DNA of 64,000 bases from Limosilactobacillus sp. Its GTDB lineage: Bacteria > Bacillota > Bacilli > Lactobacillales > Lactobacillaceae. Below the pieces are notes generated by a model. The model saw nothing but the letters and a program-made list of their open reading frames with translations, was not told the DNA's origin and did not search any database. The DNA is taken from NCBI RefSeq assembly GCF_022651205.1, contig NZ_JALCQI010000003.1:19693-83692 (forward strand). The letters run 5' to 3'. Shown one piece after another: positions 60,706-64,000 of this stretch; position 1 is the first letter of the stretch, and every line of letters begins with the position of its first letter. Made by a program: the position numbers and the translations under genes.

Positions 60706-61242
60706 ATGAGTCGTATTGGTTACAAGGAAATTGATCTACCAGAAGGCGTAGAAATTTCTCAACAAGGTAATGTTGTGACTGTAAAGGGTCCTAAGGGTAC
60801 TTTAAGTCGCGAAATCTCACCATTGATCAAGATGAGCGTTGAAGGTAACGTTGTAAAATTTGATCGTGATGATGACAACAACCAAGTTAAGATGATTCAC
60901 GGAACTACCCGTGCAAATGTTAATAATATGGTTGAAGGTGTTGTTAATGGATTTAGTAAGACCTTGAAGCTTGTTGGTGTTGGTTACCGTGCACAATTTA
61001 AGGGTAACAAGCTTATTTTGACTGTTGGTTACTCACAACCAGTTGAAATGGACAAGCCAGAAGATGTTGATATTAAAGTTCCAGATAACACCACAATTGA
61101 ATTAAGCTCAATCAACAAGCAACATCTTGGTGATTTTGCTGCTTTAGTTCGTGCCGTTCGTTCACCTGAACCATACAAAGGTAAGGGTATTCGTTACGAA
61201 AACGAACATATCATTCGTAAGGAAGGTAAGACTGGTAAGTAA
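60706..61242 (+). CDS. rplF: 50S ribosomal protein L6
   Basis: [16 protein letters not shown]. Confidence 0.99.
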   Translation: MSRIGYKEIDLPEGVEISQQGNVVTVKGPKGTLSREISPLIKMSVEGNVVKFDRDDDNNQVKMIHGTTRANVNNMVEGVVNGFSKTLKLVGVGYRAQFKGNKLILTVGYSQPVEMDKPEDVDIKVPDNTTIELSSINKQHLGDFAALVRAVRSPEPYKGKGIRYENEHIIRKEGKTGK

Positions 61243-61310
61243 TATTAAGTTGCTTATTCGTTATTGCCTTAAAAAAGTTAAACTAAATTTTATATTAAGA
61301 GGTGACTGTT

Positions 61311-61667
61311 GTGATTTCTAAACCAGATAAGAACAAGATCCGTCAACGTCGTCATATGCGCGTTCGCGGTAAGATTTCTGGTACTGCGGAGCGCCCACGC
61401 TTAAGTGTTTACCGTTCAAACAAAAACATTTACGCTCAATTAATTGATGACGTAAAGGGTGTGACGCTCGCAAGTGCCTCCACAATTGACAGTGAAGTTA
61501 GTGGAAAGAGCAAGACTGAACAAGCTAGTGGTGTTGGTGAATTAATCGCCAAGCGTGCTGCTGCTAAGAACATCACTAATGTTGTTTTTGATCGTGGTGG
61601 ATACTTATACCATGGTCGTGTTCAAGCATTAGCTGAAGCTGCTCGTGAAAACGGACTTAAATTCTAA
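61311..61667 (+). CDS. rplR: 50S ribosomal protein L18
   Basis: [28 protein letters not shown]; GTG 61311 after GAGGTG. Confidence 0.98.
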   Translation: MISKPDKNKIRQRRHMRVRGKISGTAERPRLSVYRSNKNIYAQLIDDVKGVTLASASTIDSEVSGKSKTEQASGVGELIAKRAAAKNITNVVFDRGGYLYHGRVQALAEAARENGLKF

Positions 61668-61689
61668 GGAAAAGGAGGAATAACCTGCA

Positions 61690-62199
61690 ATGACATCATC
61701 AGAATTCATTGATCCAGCAAAGTTGGACTTAGACGATCAAGTTGTTGCCATTAACCGGATTACCAAGGTTGTTAAGGGTGGTCGTCGGATGCGTTTCGCC
61801 GCTTTAGTTATTGTCGGCGATCGTAAGGGCCATGTTGGTTTTGGTACTGGTAAGGCTCAAGAAGTTCCAGAAGCTATTCGTAAGGCTCAAGCTGCTGCTG
61901 AAAAGAACCTGATTACTGTTCCAATCGTTGGTACTACTATTCCACACGAAGTTATTGGTACTTACGGTGGTGGACGTATCATGTTGAAGCCAGCTGTTGA
62001 AGGTTCTGGAGTTGCTGCCGGTGGTGCGGTTCGTAACGTTATGGACCTTGCCGGTGTAGCCGATGTTACTTCAAAGCGTCTCGGTTCAAACACTCCTGTT
62101 AACGTTGTTCGTGCAACATTCGAAGGTTTGAAGCAATTGAAGAGCGCTGAAGAAGTTGCTAAACTTCGTGGTGTTTCTGTAGACCACTTAGCAGAATAA
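61690..62199 (+). CDS. rpsE: 30S ribosomal protein S5
   Basis: [26 protein letters not shown]. Confidence 0.99.
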   Translation: MTSSEFIDPAKLDLDDQVVAINRITKVVKGGRRMRFAALVIVGDRKGHVGFGTGKAQEVPEAIRKAQAAAEKNLITVPIVGTTIPHEVIGTYGGGRIMLKPAVEGSGVAAGGAVRNVMDLAGVADVTSKRLGSNTPVNVVRATFEGLKQLKSAEEVAKLRGVSVDHLAE

Positions 62200-62213
62200 G
62201 GAGGGCACTAATT

Positions 62214-62396
62214 ATGGCTCAAGTTAAAGTTACTTTAATCCACAGTGTTGCCCACCGTCAGCCAACTCAACGTCGGACTGTTAAGGCTTTGGGTCTTGGT
62301 AAGATTAACAGTTCTGTTATTTTGCCAGACAACGCTGCAACACGTGGTCAAATCTTTAAAATCGCTCACTTAGTTTCTATTGAAGAAGTTAAGTAA
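62214..62396 (+). CDS. rpmD: 50S ribosomal protein L30
   Basis: [17 protein letters not shown]; position between rpsE and rplO. Confidence 0.97.
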   Translation: MAQVKVTLIHSVAHRQPTQRRTVKALGLGKINSSVILPDNAATRGQIFKIAHLVSIEEVK

Positions 62397-62428
62397 TTAC
62401 AATTAAATAATAAGGAGGTGCCTACTAA

Positions 62429-62863
62429 ATGAAGTTAAACGAATTAAAACCTGCTGCAGGTTCTCGTTCAAAGCGTCTTCGTAAGGGTCGTGGCCTTTCA
62501 TCTGGTCATGGTTTTACTTCTGGACGTGGTACTAAGGGTCAAAAGGCTCATGGTAAGACACGTTTGGGCTTTGAAGGGGGTCAAATGCCACTTTACCGGC
62601 AAATCCCAAAGCGTGGTTTCACTAACATTAACCGCAAGGAATACGCTATTGTTAACTTAACCACTTTAGACCGCTTTGAAGATGGTACTGAAGTTACTCC
62701 ACAATTATTGATGGAAAGTGGTATCGTTAAGAACTTGAAGAGCGGCATTAAGGTTCTTGGTAATGGTAAGCTTACTAAGAAGTTAACTGTAAAGGCTAAT
62801 AAGTTTTCTGCTTCAGCAGTATCAGCTATCGAAGCTGCTGGCGGTAAAACTGAGGTGATGTAA
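62429..62863 (+). CDS. rplO: 50S ribosomal protein L15
   Basis: [20 protein letters not shown]. Confidence 0.99.
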   Translation: MKLNELKPAAGSRSKRLRKGRGLSSGHGFTSGRGTKGQKAHGKTRLGFEGGQMPLYRQIPKRGFTNINRKEYAIVNLTTLDRFEDGTEVTPQLLMESGIVKNLKSGIKVLGNGKLTKKLTVKANKFSASAVSAIEAAGGKTEVM

Positions 62864-64000
62864 TTGTTTACAGCCGTCAAGAATGCATTTAAGGTTAAGG
62901 ACATTCGTAAAAAAATATTCTTTACCTTATTTGTATTAATTGTTTACCGGATTGGGGCGGCGATCACAGTTCCTGGTGTTAATGCTGCTGCCCTGCAGGA
63001 AATTTCATCGACAGGTTTAGCTTCAATCCTGAACACCTTCAGTGGTGGTGGACTTGAAAACTATTCATTATTTGCAATGGGAGTTTCACCTTACATTACT
63101 GCACAAATTGTTGTTCAATTATTGCAAATGGATATTGTTCCACGATTTGTTGAATGGAGTAAGCAAGGTGAAGTTGGTCGGCGAAAATTGAACCAGGCAA
63201 CTCGGTGGTTAACGATTGTTCTTGGTTTTATCCAATCGATTGGGATAACCGCTGGGTTCAATGCCTTAAGTTCAATTAAGCTTGTCAACCATCCAAATGT
63301 AACAACATATCTTACCATTGGATTAATTCTTACGGCAGGAACAATGTTTGCTACTTGGATGGGTGATATGATTACTGAGCGAGGATTGGGTAATGGTGTT
63401 TCCATGCTTATCTTTGCTGGTATTGTTGCTCAAATGCCTAGTGGTATCTATCAACTATGGCAAGACCAAATTGCTGGTGAATCAGGTTCAGCACTTTGGA
63501 TGGGAATCGGATTTGTTGCTTTAGTGGTGATTGCATTAATTATTATTGTTGCTTTTGTCACTTGGGTACAACAGGCAGAACGTCGCTTACCAATTCAGTA
63601 TACTCGGCGGACTACGACTTCACCTGCTAGTAGTTATCTACCATTGAAGATTAATGTTTCTGGTGTTATTCCAGTTATTTTTGCTGGTTCATTTATTTCA
63701 ACACCACAAACAATTTTAATGGCATTTCAACAAAACCATGGTGGAGATAGCTGGTACCAAGTATTGTCTACAATTTTCAATATGCAATCTGGACCAGGGA
63801 TTACATTATATATTTTCTTAATTGTTGTATTTACCTTCTTTTACGCCTTTGTCCAAGTCAATCCAGAAAAACTTGCGGAGAACTTGCAGAAACAAGGGAG
63901 TTACATTTCAGGAGTTCGTCCTGGAAAGGGTACTCAGCAATATGTTTCAGCATTATTAATGCGTTTAAGTACTGTTGGTTCACTATTCTTGGGGTTAATT
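62864..64000 (+). CDS. secY: Preprotein translocase SecY, truncated by the window edge
   Basis: TTG directly after the rplO stop; manual translation gives IRKKIFFTL..VYRIG..VPG, SLFAMGVSPYITAQIVVQLL, GLGNGVSMLIFAG, LPLKINVSGVIPVIFA. Confidence 0.97.
   Translation, partial: MFTAVKNAFKVKDIRKKIFFTLFVLIVYRIGAAITVPGVNAAALQEISSTGLASILNTFSGGGLENYSLFAMGVSPYITAQIVVQLLQMDIVPRFVEWSKQGEVGRRKLNQATRWLTIVLGFIQSIGITAGFNALSSIKLVNHPNVTTYLTIGLILTAGTMFATWMGDMITERGLGNGVSMLIFAGIVAQMPSGIYQLWQDQIAGESGSALWMGIGFVALVVIALIIIVAFVTWVQQAERRLPIQYTRRTTTSPASSYLPLKINVSGVIPVIFAGSFISTPQTILMAFQQNHGGDSWYQVLSTIFNMQSGPGITLYIFLIVVFTFFYAFVQVNPEKLAENLQKQGSYISGVRPGKGTQQYVSALLMRLSTVGSLFLGLI

Noticed and set aside
53596-63405. Many 60-124-aa antisense or alternate-frame ORFs in ribosomal genes, also in rpoBC, fusA, clpC and adhP
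   Set aside because: Expected from the codon bias of highly expressed genes. They have no SD or recognisable motifs.
1-64000. CRISPR array, prophage, transposase, toxin-antitoxin or defence island
   Set aside because: No spaced direct repeats, integrase, transposase or cas/defence-like ORFs seen. Nearly all long ORFs are housekeeping families.

Overview
This is a mostly core-genome chromosomal segment from a low-GC lactic acid bacterium. Gene order and protein sequences look like Limosilactobacillus (reuteri/vaginalis group), which is an inference. The left half holds partial rarA, an esterase/DJ-1/purine permease group, mprF, tRNA-Asp, an MFS-DUF4811/MerR module, an RNase J paralog, a glutamine-type ABC operon, a usp/VIT/VIT/CDF/MntR metal cluster, a ThrE pair, lysine riboswitch-lysP, a ~175-bp structured inverted-repeat element, a deoxynucleoside kinase and five tRNAs. 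The right half holds adhP, ctsR-clpC, tetR, rpoBC, an AbrB-like/DUF998 membrane protein, prepilin peptidase, rpsL-rpsG-fusA, guanine deaminase with a permease, yfhO and the S10-spc cluster up to a truncated secY. I see no CRISPR array, prophage, transposase or defence island, and no clear-cut new multi-gene system. The best leads are the MITE-like element after lysP, the AbrB-like/DUF998 fusion, the basic-tailed RNase J paralog, the GlnR-box-like operator of the MFS/DUF4811 module, and the PurBox-flanked guanine deaminase module. All family assignments come from motif recognition, not database searches.
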